A DNA stretch of 63,983 nt, counting the filler, from Folioceros fuciformis (taxonomy: Eukaryota): NCBI GenBank assembly GCA_049999805.1. It is 13 parts of 13 records of this genome, joined end to end, with 100 filler letters (N's around TTAATTAATTAA, not from the genome) between each part and the next. Parts side by side here need not be neighbours in the genome. Positions count along the whole stretch, not along the records: positions 1 to 5,528 come from JBNGIO010001721.1; positions 5,629 to 8,088 come from JBNGIO010001722.1; positions 8,189 to 18,589 come from JBNGIO010001723.1; 10 more parts are not named here. The stretch is one strand, 5' to 3'. The position numbers and the translations under genes are program-made. Within the stretch, counting starts at the first letter, position 1. Each line of letters begins with the position of its first letter. Positions 1 to 11,648 of the stretch are shown here, in pieces. The notes under the pieces are model-generated. The model searched no databases and was not told the DNA's origin. It worked only from the letters and a program-made list of their open reading frames with translations.

Positions 1-2
1 TT

Positions 3-797
3 GCAGAACGGTATAGTTACCGTGGCATGAACGACCCATGGTACAGAGAACCTTTAGCCGAGAATACCCTTATGGTTCCGTCATTTGATTGGTACTCAGA
101 GTCAAGTTTATTATCTACAAAGGAGGCATTGTTTGTACCAACAAAAACTTTTACACAAGTAACATCTTCATCCCTACAAAGAAGGTTCCTTCCTGATAAG
201 CTTGTTCAAGCTTTTGGCAACTTGTCAGAAGAAAATTTGCCCAAAATAATGGAGCAACTTCACATTCCTCATAACTCGTCCATGGCTAAAGTAATGCATG
301 CTACTGGCGCATTTTGTGATCATTTGGAGACGACTCCGGAGAACGATCAAGATGTTCGACGAACTTGCATTAAATCTATGAAAGAGTTGAGTACTTTCTT
401 GAGTTCTGTGTTTCCAAGCAATGCAAAATCTATGAAGACCATGGTGTTCCCCATTATCGAGCATGAAGATACTGGTTCCTTCCAGATAATCGAAGTAACG
501 AAAGAGGCGGATGCAACATCACAAATTGTCTCTTGCCATCCATTGATATTCCCATACCAAGTGTACTTATGTCACTCATTTATGGGGAGCTTAGTATACT
601 CGGTTACCATGAAATTAAATGCTGGAGAAGGCATCCAAGCAAATGCAATAGCACTGTGTCATACAAATACAGCAAATTGGTCCACACATCACCCAGCTTT
701 TCAAGCATTGGGGAGTAAACCAGGAGATGGAGTCGTTCCTTGCCATTTTCTGAAAAATAATGAATTTGTTTTCGTTAAGGATGTTGTCATACAATAA
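3..797 (+). CDS. BURP-domain protein (probably last exon; 5' part outside window)
   Basis: C-terminal CH-x10-CH-x27-CH-x26-CH-x8-(F) matches the BURP CH-x10-CH-x25-27-CH-x25-26-CH-x8-W signature. Also has RFLP, TCIKSM (CATSLE-like) and W..H.AF..L..KPG motifs. The frame is open upstream of ATG27 and ttgcag at 1-6 looks like a splice acceptor. Confidence 0.9.
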   Translation, partial: AERYSYRGMNDPWYREPLAENTLMVPSFDWYSESSLLSTKEALFVPTKTFTQVTSSSLQRRFLPDKLVQAFGNLSEENLPKIMEQLHIPHNSSMAKVMHATGAFCDHLETTPENDQDVRRTCIKSMKELSTFLSSVFPSNAKSMKTMVFPIIEHEDTGSFQIIEVTKEADATSQIVSCHPLIFPYQVYLCHSFMGSLVYSVTMKLNAGEGIQANAIALCHTNTANWSTHHPAFQALGSKPGDGVVPCHFLKNNEFVFVKDVVIQ

Positions 798-2201
798 TGG
801 CAAGTGATTAGATTTATGTAATTTCGACATGTTGGACTGTACAGGTTTCAAATTTCATAGTTTCACATTATTCTCATCTATATTATGTGATAAAAGTGAG
901 AATTTATTTCTCAATTGCTCTATTTAGAATAAGACAAACATTTAAAAAGGTATGGTCAACAAAATCGAGGTGCTAGAATATTATCATAACATTGAGTGTA
1001 TTGATTAGAATTATAAGAATACAGTTAAATATAAAAATAAGATAAACTGAAGTATTGTATATAGAATTATTTCTTGTAAGGTAACTTAAGTAACGTGCCC
1101 TGTTTGTTGCAAGTAGTCTAACTTAATATGCCCTTTGTAAACATTTCTAACGTACGGAGTCATTCAGTCTTCTGTAAGTGAAAATTTTGTTGTCACGCAC
1201 TCTTGGACCATCTTGTTACCGAATGTGAGCCATCCACTGAAAGAAGGTTTGGTTTGATCGTCAACCGGATCAGAAAGATCTCACATTACACAGGCTTATT
1301 AGAGCGCAAATGAGAGGTCAAAGAATGCTGTACATGCGGACTGCTGAAGACCCCAGGTTTCAGTCTTTCGTTGAATCATACAAATTTCAATTTACCAGCT
1401 GCTCTACCGGGAAGTAGAATGTCTACACCCAAGGCCCCAATAGTGGGCAGTAATGTTCGCAGCGGCCTCGCTACCTAATGCTTCAAGTCTCAACCAACGC
1501 CATGCATGGGTCTGCTTTCCAACCCATCCTCCAGTCCTGACATCGAAGTGCCAAGAAAGACGGACATGTATAACCACCCCACAGCAGCCAACCTCAGCCT
1601 TGCAGAGCAGGCACGGGCAGGGCAGGGCACTCTTGTCCACTCTTTGTCCAACCGGCCCTCAACATTGTCTTCAAGTCCCGGAAATAGAGTTGCTCCTACC
1701 CACTCTTGATATCTCGGCAAACAGCTTCTTGACCTTTTCCCGGAGATGAAGAGTGCTGAAAATGGCCTGACAGATGGACACAAAGCGGAATGAGAGTTAA
1801 TGCTTTGGACAAGCAGACACTGATGATCGCTCTGCACTTCCACAACAAGGCTGAACAGCTCTCTTTCGAGTGGCATATAGTTGAGAGACATGAAGTACTA
1901 GAGGTAGGGGGATCAGCAGTGCATCTGCTTGGAAGGGTACACATGGAAGGGGTGTAGGATATCAAACATCCAGGGAAATGTCCCTCTGGTGGATACATAC
2001 CTGGATACTGTGCTGCCATGACGTGTCGCAAAACCCACTCCAGCCACCGATAATGCCCAACAGCATCCATGCGCGACTAGAACATAGCCCAATTCGTCTT
2101 ACGAATCTCATGCCAGAGTCTCATGTGAAAGCTCCATCCCTCCTATTACAAAATATCCATAAGAGAAAGCAGATTCTCCTCGCAGGCATGACAGCTGTTG
2201 T

Positions 2202-5200
2202 CTACGAAAAGTCTATCAAATCAGGAAGGTTTGATGGCACCACTGGCTTTCTGACATTATCTGCCCTGCTACTGGGGTGTGCCTCAGGTACCCGGACATC
2301 TCTGGAACTGTATGAACCGTGTTGGTGGGCATCTATGGGCGGGGCTGGCATGTCGGACAAAAGGTCGGGAGGGATGGAACTCCACTGAGTGGGAAACTGC
2401 ACACTGTTAAATCTATAGGAAGGCATTGCTTCTGGAGCACTGGACAACAGATCAGGAACACTCTGAGACGCACATCTTACCTCTCCATTAGCTGATACGG
2501 GAGCAAGGGTTGACCTTCTGGGACTTCTTGCATGAACTGGTGTTGGAGGAAGTGCAGAAGTAGTAGGAGAACTCGACAATATATCAGGATAAGCTTGAAC
2601 CACTGAAGGCATTCGATTACCATGAGAGCTACGCGCATGGGCTGTTGGAGCTTTGGCTTGCGCTACATTTTGGGCGATACTAATCCGGTGCCGTGTTGAA
2701 TTGGTAGAGAGCACACCTTGAATACTGATGACAAGTATGACAGACTTGTCGTCTCTTTTGGTGACCTGCGGTTGTGGCTGAGCCACCTCCACGTTCTCCA
2801 ATGTTATGGAGCTCAAACTCGCTGGCCGCAACGTAACGCTCATACTCTGATTTGGGGGGATGATGCCACAGGCTGGCTTAACTTGCAGCCACTGCGGGAA
2901 TCCATAGCCACCTCTGGTGGCAAACTTTCCTACGGATCCATTGTCCTGATCAGCAGGAGCAGCATCAACCTGGCAGCATATGATAAACCGCACCGGATGA
3001 CGGGCACTCATGTTCTTAATCTCAAACACTCCTGATCCATTGCTGTCTTCTAGGAAAACTTCGGTTGCACTCACACTTGTCTCTGGAACTTTGTTGCACC
3101 CTTGAAGCCAATCTAGGATTTTCACATTAGTGCGCAGTAAATCTCCCTGTTCATACCTTCGCTTGGCTTCATCTATCACAGAAATGTCCAGGCTCAGCAT
3201 ACATCGCAGTGGTTTGTGATCACTGTTCACGACGTCCATGCTTGCCTCGTACGATAATACCGTTGCCTTTGTTGGATGACTCAGGCTAACTCCTTCTGCA
3301 GGATTACTTCCATCGAAGCTGTCTCGGAACAAGACTCGATCACAATAGGCAGGGACTCTCCGCTTTTCACTGGAGTCATAACCAAAAGAAGGAGAGCTCC
3401 TCAGGGGAACGCCTTTATCGAACTTGTAGGTGGGTGGAAAGTTGATCTGTCCTTCTCTCAGACCTTGAAACACACGACCGGCAATCATCTCTGTTCTTAA
3501 CTGGTCTCTTCGAAGAAGCCCCTCCCAGTCCTTTCGTGCGATGACTGCCAGGGCATGGTCATATGATACATTGTCAAGACGATAATTGAAATCCCCGAGC
3601 CATAGAAGAAAGTCAGCTTCTGACAATGCCGGAACCGTAACTCTTTCAATGGGATCCGTAATGGAAGGCCCAAATGTCATACGTGAGTACACATGTTCAA
3701 AATCAGCATTTCGCCGGGCCAGAGCTTCTGCATGTGCAGCAAAATGGCTGTTTACAGCACAAAACATTCGACGGAATACAGTCATCTTCAGGGCCACCGC
3801 TCCCTTGTTACCAAGTGCCCTTCCAAAGCCACAGGCAACAGCAGCTGCCTCCACATCCCCCACATAACGGGCGAAGCTCTTCCTCACCCAGACTCCAATC
3901 AGGATCCCAGCCAGCTGCCGAGTTCCCAGAAGCTCGAACCCGTCACTCCCTTGACCCAGGACACTGCTTATGCTGTCCAACCACCACTGGCCATTCGCAC
4001 TGCTGCCCTTCTCCCCGAGTCCAACCTCCTTCGCTGCAGCTAAGGCAAGTGCACCGGCACCCACTTCCATCTCTTGAAGCCCCACGGCCACAAGGTTAGC
4101 TGCAGCTGCTGGAATAGCAACCCATGACTGCAGCGTCTGAAGGGAGGGCCGCTCCTGACCCACGTTCCAGGTGCAACCGAGCACTTGGATACGCTGAAGT
4201 GTCGTGTACTTCGGCGCTCGAGCCACCAACTCTGTCCGAATCACCGCATCGAGAGGGCCTGGCAAACCTGCGTTCCAGCCGCGAATGGTGCCCGCTGCTG
4301 CCAGACTGAACACATAAAAACCAGATGATGCCATTTGCAAGACACCAGATCTATGAGCAAGCCATCCAGATACTAGCTGACACGTCTCACACGTCAAGAC
4401 GTGAATTCTCCCGTCTGCAAAGCCCACCCAAAGTCGTGTTCCCACTATGCAGAGGCATCTCACAGCTGACATCCCCCGGTACTCCAACCTTCTGGCTCCA
4501 CTCTTGTCCCACTGAAGGACCATACCGTTGCCGTATCCAACCCAAATGGAACCATCCAAGGCTGCAGCCAGTGCTTCAACCCTCCTGCCGCTATCACCTC
4601 CTTGCACAGCGATAGCCACCTTCCGCACCGCATCAGCAGCACCTAGAACGGCATTCCTGGATCTCTGTAACCATCCTCCCTGGTTTTTCTCTCTCTGGGA
4701 AACAACCGCATAGCTGGAGCTGCTCTGTGCATCATTTTCCCGCATCCCCTCCCGCGGAGTCCCAGCAAACTCAGCATTTTGTCCTTCGGGATTCGCCGAT
4801 AGCTCAACTATCTTCCATATTTCTCTCGTCCTGGCATCCCAGACGACAGCCATGGTAGCTCCCACACTCCACACCCGCCCGTTAGCATGCTCCACAACCA
4901 GAAACCTGGGATCATTGATCACCATATTGCTCCCAGCACAGGCAGCAATCACCCGAGGCTTCAGCTCAATATAAGACCTGGACATGACTGTTCCAGCTGC
5001 AGACGAAGTCCCATCTGTAGCTACAGACGACAATGCCTTAGCCAGAGCCTCAAACGGCCACACCCTCAACGAAGAATTTTGCGACAAGGTCCACAGTTCC
5101 CCATACGACGTTACAGCAATAGCCAGGATCGCACTGGGATGTGCCTCCCACATAAACATGGACGTCTTGATGGCAGGAGTCCTATCATTGGAGCAGTTGA

Positions 5201-5528
5201 AGTTGGTGGACCACGACCTAACCATGCCATCTTTATGACCACTCCACACAATCTTGTTCGCCACGTCCACAGCCAGGCACAAAGTACTAGAGCCGTGCAC
5301 CGGCAGCACAGTAAACGCAGCTGCATCCTCCTCCCCAACCGTATACTGGCTGGTCTCGCTCACACTCCCCCTCAAACACTCTGCAACATCCCATACCCAT
5401 ATCCCATGATCCAAACCCGCCCAAACAGCAGAGTCCGTGGCAAGCAACGCACACGCCCCCCGATTGAATCGAGACATCCGGAGCGGCCTCGGCCTCAGAT
5501 CCACCGAAACAGGCCTCCCCTCCATGAC
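2202..5528 (-). CDS. Type II inositol polyphosphate 5-phosphatase with N-terminal WD40 repeats (5PTase12-14/FRA3-like); no introns in the visible part, likely 5'-truncated at contig edge
   Basis: Motifs TWNVGQ, VGLQE, GNKGAV, VNSHFAAH, WLGDFNYRL, FPPTYKF, PAYCDRVLF, SDHKP; WD-like VWSGHKDG and LWVGFADG repeats. Confidence 0.95.
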   Translation of the reverse strand, partial: VMEGRPVSVDLRPRPLRMSRFNRGACALLATDSAVWAGLDHGIWVWDVAECLRGSVSETSQYTVGEEDAAAFTVLPVHGSSTLCLAVDVANKIVWSGHKDGMVRSWSTNFNCSNDRTPAIKTSMFMWEAHPSAILAIAVTSYGELWTLSQNSSLRVWPFEALAKALSSVATDGTSSAAGTVMSRSYIELKPRVIAACAGSNMVINDPRFLVVEHANGRVWSVGATMAVVWDARTREIWKIVELSANPEGQNAEFAGTPREGMRENDAQSSSSYAVVSQREKNQGGWLQRSRNAVLGAADAVRKVAIAVQGGDSGRRVEALAAALDGSIWVGYGNGMVLQWDKSGARRLEYRGMSAVRCLCIVGTRLWVGFADGRIHVLTCETCQLVSGWLAHRSGVLQMASSGFYVFSLAAAGTIRGWNAGLPGPLDAVIRTELVARAPKYTTLQRIQVLGCTWNVGQERPSLQTLQSWVAIPAAAANLVAVGLQEMEVGAGALALAAAKEVGLGEKGSSANGQWWLDSISSVLGQGSDGFELLGTRQLAGILIGVWVRKSFARYVGDVEAAAVACGFGRALGNKGAVALKMTVFRRMFCAVNSHFAAHAEALARRNADFEHVYSRMTFGPSITDPIERVTVPALSEADFLLWLGDFNYRLDNVSYDHALAVIARKDWEGLLRRDQLRTEMIAGRVFQGLREGQINFPPTYKFDKGVPLRSSPSFGYDSSEKRRVPAYCDRVLFRDSFDGSNPAEGVSLSHPTKATVLSYEASMDVVNSDHKPLRCMLSLDISVIDEAKRRYEQGDLLRTNVKILDWLQGCNKVPETSVSATEVFLEDSNGSGVFEIKNMSARHPVRFIICCQVDAAPADQDNGSVGKFATRGGYGFPQWLQVKPACGIIPPNQSMSVTLRPASLSSITLENVEVAQPQPQVTKRDDKSVILVISIQGVLSTNSTRHRISIAQNVAQAKAPTAHARSSHGNRMPSVVQAYPDILSSSPTTSALPPTPVHARSPRRSTLAPVSANGEVRCASQSVPDLLSSAPEAMPSYRFNSVQFPTQWSSIPPDLLSDMPAPPIDAHQHGSYSSRDVRVPEAHPSSRADNVRKPVVPSNLPDLIDFS

Positions 5529-5628
5529 NNNNNNNNNNNNNNNNNNNNNNNNNNNNNNNNNNNNNNNNNNNNTTAATTAATTAANNNNNNNNNNNNNNNN
5601 NNNNNNNNNNNNNNNNNNNNNNNNNNNN
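5529..5628. other. Artificial contig linker (44 N + TTAATTAATTAA + 44 N)
   Basis: Identical 100-nt linkers also at 8089-8188, 18590-18689, 23419-23518, 29217-29316, 32164-32263, 37006-37105, 41403-41502, 45529-45628, 47867-47966, 56339-56438 and 62809-62908. The core gives stops in all six frames. Confidence 0.99.
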
Positions 5629-8084
5629 TAACAAAAGGGGCCCCGCCCCGTTAATGGAACTCCCACTCGCACACTTCTTCACATTCAGTCTGTCAGTTTC
5701 AGCAGCACCTACACCTCGGTTATGCTGTAACATCTTTTGCTCCAAGCGGACTTGGTGGAGGGCCTGTTCCAACGAGGCCACAGATTGTTGCAACCCCTGA
5801 TCAATCAGCTCTAGCTCAGCCGCACACCTTACAGTAGTCTTATCCAATTTCGAATCATGAAGATCTGGTTGCTGCTTGTGCTGCTGCTGTGGTTGTGGCT
5901 GCTGCTGGTGTTGAGGCAGTGGAGGATGGGCTGCTACCACTTGAGCTGCAGTTTGCTGATGCTGCTGCTGCTGCTGCTGACCTTGCTGCTTCCAATCAGA
6001 CAAGCCATTACTCTGCAGCGGCCCCGCTCCAGCTCTCTGCACCATGGGCGAGTGGTTGCCCCCTTGATTCTGCCCCACCTCGAGCCCATGCAACGTTGAG
6101 ACCGAGCTATGAAATGCCTGCGTCTGCCCCAATCCCTGCCCCGTACTATGCAACGATTGAGCAGCAAGCACGGCAGCCTTGAGAGTATCATTCGGCTGCT
6201 GGCCATGGCCGGCTGCAGACACATCATGAGCTAGCTGTTTGATGGACTTCTGCACCTGTTGCTGCTGGACAGCCTGCTGCTGCTGGCATGCTGCAGCGGC
6301 CACGGCCGCTGCTGCCGCAACTGCCTGTTGCTGCTGGTGAGCCGCCTGCACATGCTGCTGCTGAGCGTGCAAATGCTGCAGCCAGACATGGTGCGTGGTG
6401 AAGGAAAGTTGGGCCTGAGCCTGGGCTTGGGCCTGGGCCTGGGCGACCGCGTCCACCAGGCTCCCTCCATCAACAACACCGTCGGAGCCCGCCTTAGAGC
6501 CGCTGGCGGCAGCACCTACCACTGCCCCTGCAGCACACGCGCCATCTCCAGCCACGGCAAACGCCTTTCTTGGCGGAGGCTGGTAGTAGAACTCAACCCC
6601 GCTGATAACATGCTCTCTCTGCACAAATTCCCCCCTCCGCTTGCAGTCGCACAAATCCTTGTACTTGGCCACCGCCTGCTCGATGAGAGCCACGGCGGCC
6701 TGCACCACAGCCTTCTTGCCCTGGATCCGAAACAGCCGAATGGGCACCGAGTCCGAGCGACAGGACTCGGTCCAGGATTGCACGATTGCTCCCGTAACCT
6801 AGAAACAAACAGCAAGGAGAAACGCGTGTGACACATATCCAGGAATTCATTCGTTCCATCAACACAAGCAAGAAGAGGGAGAAGGAGAAAGAAGAAGAAG
6901 CAAGAGTTTGTGAGCTGGTTGGTTCTGGCTACGACTACGGCTATGACTATGGCTATGGCGCCGCCCGACCTGTCCGATGAGCCGTGCCGAGATCCCCCGA
7001 GCACCTATCACAAAACCCGCAGCAAGAAGCGTCACTCGCATGAGCGCCTGAGTACCGGCGGCCTGGTACTCTGTAGCGACCACGCGGTGATCCTCGGACG
7101 GCAGCATTGCGTGTGATTCCGCCGCAACCCCGCTTCTTGGGCCCCTGGCGAGGCGTCTTCTGCTCTCAACCGCAGCCCTCATGCTGTGCTGCTGCGCCTG
7201 CTTGGCCCTCTGCGCCTCCTTGTTCCCCCTCCATCCTCCTCCGCCTTCCTTGCCTCCCTTGCCAGAATTCTTCCCCGGAGGAGGGGCCGGAGCGTCCCCA
7301 GCAGCAGCAGTGGGCGGGCCGACCACGGAATCCCCGGTCTTGGCCACCGGCGAGCCCTTGAGCTTATGGACAGCATCCCTGACCGCTGTCCCCGCGCTCC
7401 CGCCATGGTCGGCCGCCGCCGCCGCCGCCGCTGCTGTTGCTACAGATGGCAAAGATCCATGCCCGGAGTGCGAGCTTCCGGCGGCGCCAGCAGACGCTAG
7501 CTGCTGCAACTGCCTGGCGTCCTCCTCGCAGCGCTGCCGTTCCAGCCGCTGCAACCGCTGCTGCTCCACCAGCGCATCAATCTCCTGAACGTCAGTGGCG
7601 CGCACACCACCAACACACAACAATCCCAGCCCAGCCCAGGTACGCGCACGCTGCTCAGAAGTTGCAAGAAGCGGTTCAAGCAAGAAATGCAGGCATGCAG
7701 TGCGACGATCTTGAACTGGGCCACCAGCAAGCAAGAATTATGGGAGCAGGAAGCAGCAGGCAGCCACGAGATGTTGGAGCAATCTTCACACGAGGGTGTC
7801 AGGGAAGGGAAGACGACAGCAAGGGCAGGAAGGTGGGGAAAATGATTAACCAGTCGTTGCAAGCGCTCTTGCTCTTCGGCACGGAGCTTGAGGGAGCGGG
7901 CCTGCGCCTTCCGCCTCTGGGCAGCCTCCCTTTTGAGCTTCTTGAGCGAAGGCGGCGGTCCTAGGCTGGGAGGTCCCGGAGGCCCGGCAGCCGGGCCTGC
8001 AGCAGAGACGGAGATGGAGGCGGAGCTAGAGCCAGACGCGGCCGATCCTGCTGCTGCCGCAATAGTGTTCTCCATGGTGCCCAC
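5629..8084 (-). CDS. KH-domain RNA-binding protein with Q/A-rich low-complexity tail; 3 exons (8084-7851, 7584-6970, 6798-5629), 3'-truncated
   Basis: Spliced AGFVIGARGISARLIGQ|VTGAIVQSW...RLFRIQG...VQAAVALI gives a KH fold with a GxxG loop. GT-AG introns at 7850-7585 and 6969-6799 join the ORFs in frame. Confidence 0.75.
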
Positions 8085-8293
8085 ATGCNNNNNNNNNNNN
8101 NNNNNNNNNNNNNNNNNNNNNNNNNNNNNNNNTTAATTAATTAANNNNNNNNNNNNNNNNNNNNNNNNNNNNNNNNNNNNNNNNNNNNCAAACAGTGCTC
8201 ACACACGGAGAAATCGGAGAAGTCAAGAGCAGGGATGTAACCAAAACGAGATAAGATCTTCATTCCTTTCTGAGACATATGTCATAACTGACT

Positions 8294-9454
8294 ATGCCAC
8301 AAGGAAACACTTGGCTGTTCCGCTACACAAATCACATGATCCTTGACAGTGGTTACCTGAGTACAAAGTGCCACACTTCGATCCACGAGCTATCACAAGA
8401 TAGCACATTGGGCTTTAATAACCCTACAGTGATTAACAGATATCTTAGGCCTCGTGCTTTTTCCGTCATGAATGTTCAAAATCCTGAGAATTTGAATATT
8501 ATCTGGTCTGCAAACCAAAAGGCATGGATGATAATAAAGCTGTTTGAGAAGTTTTTGCTAGATTTTGATCAGAGGATTGTTGCATCAGGGCGGACTAGAG
8601 TGTTACTTATAGTGAATAATTGTCCTGGGCATCGGTCTGGTAATGCAGCTCAATTGCAAGTTACAAAGGTGGTTTTCTTTCCACCTAATGTGACAAGTGT
8701 ATATCAACCTTTGGACCAGGGGATCATCCGTTCTTTCAAGGCTCAGTAATGCAAGTTGATGATTTCGTACCAATGCAACCAGATCATAGACAATGCGGCT
8801 ACAACTATCGATGTATATCAAGCAGTGGTTATGCTGGTAAAAGCTTGGACTTCATTTGTGAGTCCTCATACCATATGCAATTGTTGGAGGCATAGCACTT
8901 TGGATGCGGAATTGCGTGCACAAGATGCTCGGTTCCGTGAGTCTTTGAATCTAAACAACGCACCATATGATCTAGAGGATCCAGTGTCGGATCCTCAAAA
9001 TCACTCTAATTCGTTGGAAACGCAGGTAGAAGAGCTACAACAGTCTATGCGAAGCTTAGCATTATTAACATTTGAGGATATGACAGGAATTGCTGATGTT
9101 GGATATCCAACGATGACAGTTGAAGAGTATTTGAAGTTTGAGGAGGATGAAGGATTGGAGACTACGTATATTCCTATAGAGGATGAAATATGGCAAGCAT
9201 TAATCCCTCCGCCTGTCAATGAGGAGGATGATATAGCATCGGTGGAAACTATAGCGCCAAGACTACGTACGACAAAGGATGTTGTAGATAATGCTATGAG
9301 GATAACGAAGATGTTTTTAGAAGAGATGCCACATAACACTCTTGATGCTTTGAAGAGCTTGCATTCTCAGTTGGAAAAACATATTGCTAGTCATTGTATG
9401 AAAGCAACTCAGCATCAATCAAGGATTGATGATTATTTTAACTCGGCAAACTAA
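8294..9454 (+). mobile_element. pogo/Tigger-like DDE_1 transposase pseudogene
   Basis: ANQKAWM, LLIVNNCPGH (catalytic D to N), FFPPNVTSVYQPLDQGIIRSFK, in-frame TAA at 8747-8749, then AW...TICNCWRH. Confidence 0.85.
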
Positions 9455-9626
9455 AATTAGGTTGGCAGCTATGTAGTATGAGGGAGCATTTTGGATTTTT
9501 TGGAGGCTTTTAAGCTCTTTTGAATTTTTGATTTGAAGGATTTTTTTATTTTTAAATATTTTTATTTTGAAGTGCTGGCCTTCGGTTTTTGAGTCCGGCT
9601 GTTCCTGTGACGTCCTTGACGGAGCG

Positions 9627-11184
9627 ATGGCGTCCTTTCTGCATGTGCTGCTATTGCTGTTGTCCGCGGTAACGTCGCAGGTGGGTGCGAGAGTGGAGGT
9701 CGCTCATGGGGCGCCGATGCAGCCCGATTTCAGGACGTGCAGGAAATTCAGCATTCCCAGCTTCGTACCCTTCGCGGAGTACTGGGACCGGGAGGTGGAT
9801 TGCTGCAACATTCTGCAGCTGCAAAACACCGACAACGAGGGCCGGCCTTTGGTGTACAAGGAGTGGGCGCAGCATCTGCTGGAGAATCCGCTCCCCGAGC
9901 AAGTGCGCGTCAGGCCGGCGGCCCACCTCGTTTGCAACAATCGGACCTACCTCGAGAAGTTCAACCTCGGGTTCAGGCTCATCAAGGAGCTCCCGCCATC
10001 TGATCCCCGCTCTAACTACATGGTTAACAATTACCACTGCATGCTGGGCGGCGGAATTCTGTCACAGCGGGGGGTTCCCGGACCAGCAGTATTCCGCGCA
10101 CCAGAATTGGCTCTTCCACCCCTTCCACAGATGGTACGCTGTGCACGTACATTTCGCCAGGCTACCAGCATCGTGGATTGTTCCAGACCATTGTTGTGCA
10201 GCAGTTGTGTTTGTGCCCCGGCTGTGTTGTGGGCTTCATGGAATGTGTAGTGGATCTGATCATGAGGACGTGCATTTTGTGTCTGCGTAGGTTCACGTTC
10301 TTCTACGAGAGAACCATGGGCAAGCTGCTGGGTGACGAGACCTTCGCTCTGCCGTTCTGGAACTGGGACAACCAGCTGCCCCTTAATCCCCCCCCCAGTG
10401 CGATGCCACCCTTCTTTCGGGATTCCGATAACTACCCGGATCTCTACCACCCCGTGCGCGACCCTTTGCTGAAGCCCGGGCTGCCTGACATGTTGGTGGA
10501 TCTGCAATACTACGACCGGGACGTGCTGCTGAACTGGAGCATCCCGTACGCCAGCACCCCGCAAGAGCTCCGGCTCCGTAACACAAAGCACTTGCATCGG
10601 TTGCTCGTCACGGAGCCTTACCACAAGGTCATGTCGTACCCAATGCGCGCGGGTATGGTATTCGTCCAGGGCGGGGAGACCTACGAGAACAATATCCACA
10701 GCGTCATCCACTTTCATACGGGCGACCCGGAGTTGCTTTACGAGGACATGGGAGCCGTCTACGCCTCCGCGCACGACCCCCTTCTCTTCGTACACCACGC
10801 CAACGTTGACAGGATCTGGACTGCTCGGAAGCTACAGTAACGGCGACCTGCCATTTCGATGCGCTGTTTTCGCTTGCAACCTTGCTAACAGCTGGGTACA
10901 TGGGATGTCGCTCGGACCGGGTACTGAATGCACACCTTTGTGTACTAACCATTCTTTTGTACATTCAGGCGCTGAACCTGCCTGGCCAGGAGAATTATGA
11001 GGACGACCCAGACTTTCTGGACGCCGAATTCTTCTTCTTTGATGAGAACGCAGACGGCGTTAGGGTCACAGTCAGGGACTGCCTCAACGAGCTGGACCTC
11101 ATGTACACTCACCAGCAAGTAGAGAACCCTTGGCTAGCGCTGAGTCTCCAAGACGAGGGAGAAGAATATCCGTATTTTATGTAG
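9627..11184 (+). CDS. PPO: Polyphenol oxidase (type-3 copper) with signal peptide; frameshift at G6 run 10069-10074, possibly a pseudogene
   Basis: CuA HC...H.NWLF.PFHRW|F.FFYER..GKLLGDETFALPFWNWD; CuB ENNIHSVIH...EDMG...DPLLFVHHANVDRIW; DWL-like DPDFLDAEFFFFDEN. Intron 1 is 10134-10290. Intron 2 ends at 10968, donor uncertain. Confidence 0.9.
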
Positions 11185-11648
11185 GAATCCATCTGGAGTT
11201 GGCGAGGGGGAAGAGGCTGTTAAATGGAGGCTAGGATGGGAACGATTCCATCCACCTCGTGGCTTGAATAGTAAGAATATTCTGCCCCTGGCCTAATACC
11301 ATCCCGCAGACAGCAACCGCAAATAGATGTACAGGGACGGTGGTCTGAATTCCCGTTAGTGCCACCTTTGGGGCCTGACTATCGGCCTAGCCTCATGCCA
11401 GTCCTCCACTTCTACTCGATCAATCTCCCTGGCTTCTTGAGTGCAGGGAGAGGAAGATCGAACGCTCCTGTGCCCACCAGAAGCAGCTGGCCAGCGAAGG
11501 GGAGGCCTGCGCTGTTCCTTCGATGTCCTGGGTGTTCACGCAGCACATATCTAGAATTTGCTTGTTACCAGTTCAGCAATCTCAAGGCAGTGCCACAGCT
11601 TTCAAGCAGAAGGTTTCAGTACCTGAGGATCGTATGTCTTGTACTGTG

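Noticed and set aside
5573-5584. Recurring TTAATTAATTAA palindrome
   Set aside because: Always centred in identical N runs; an assembly linker.
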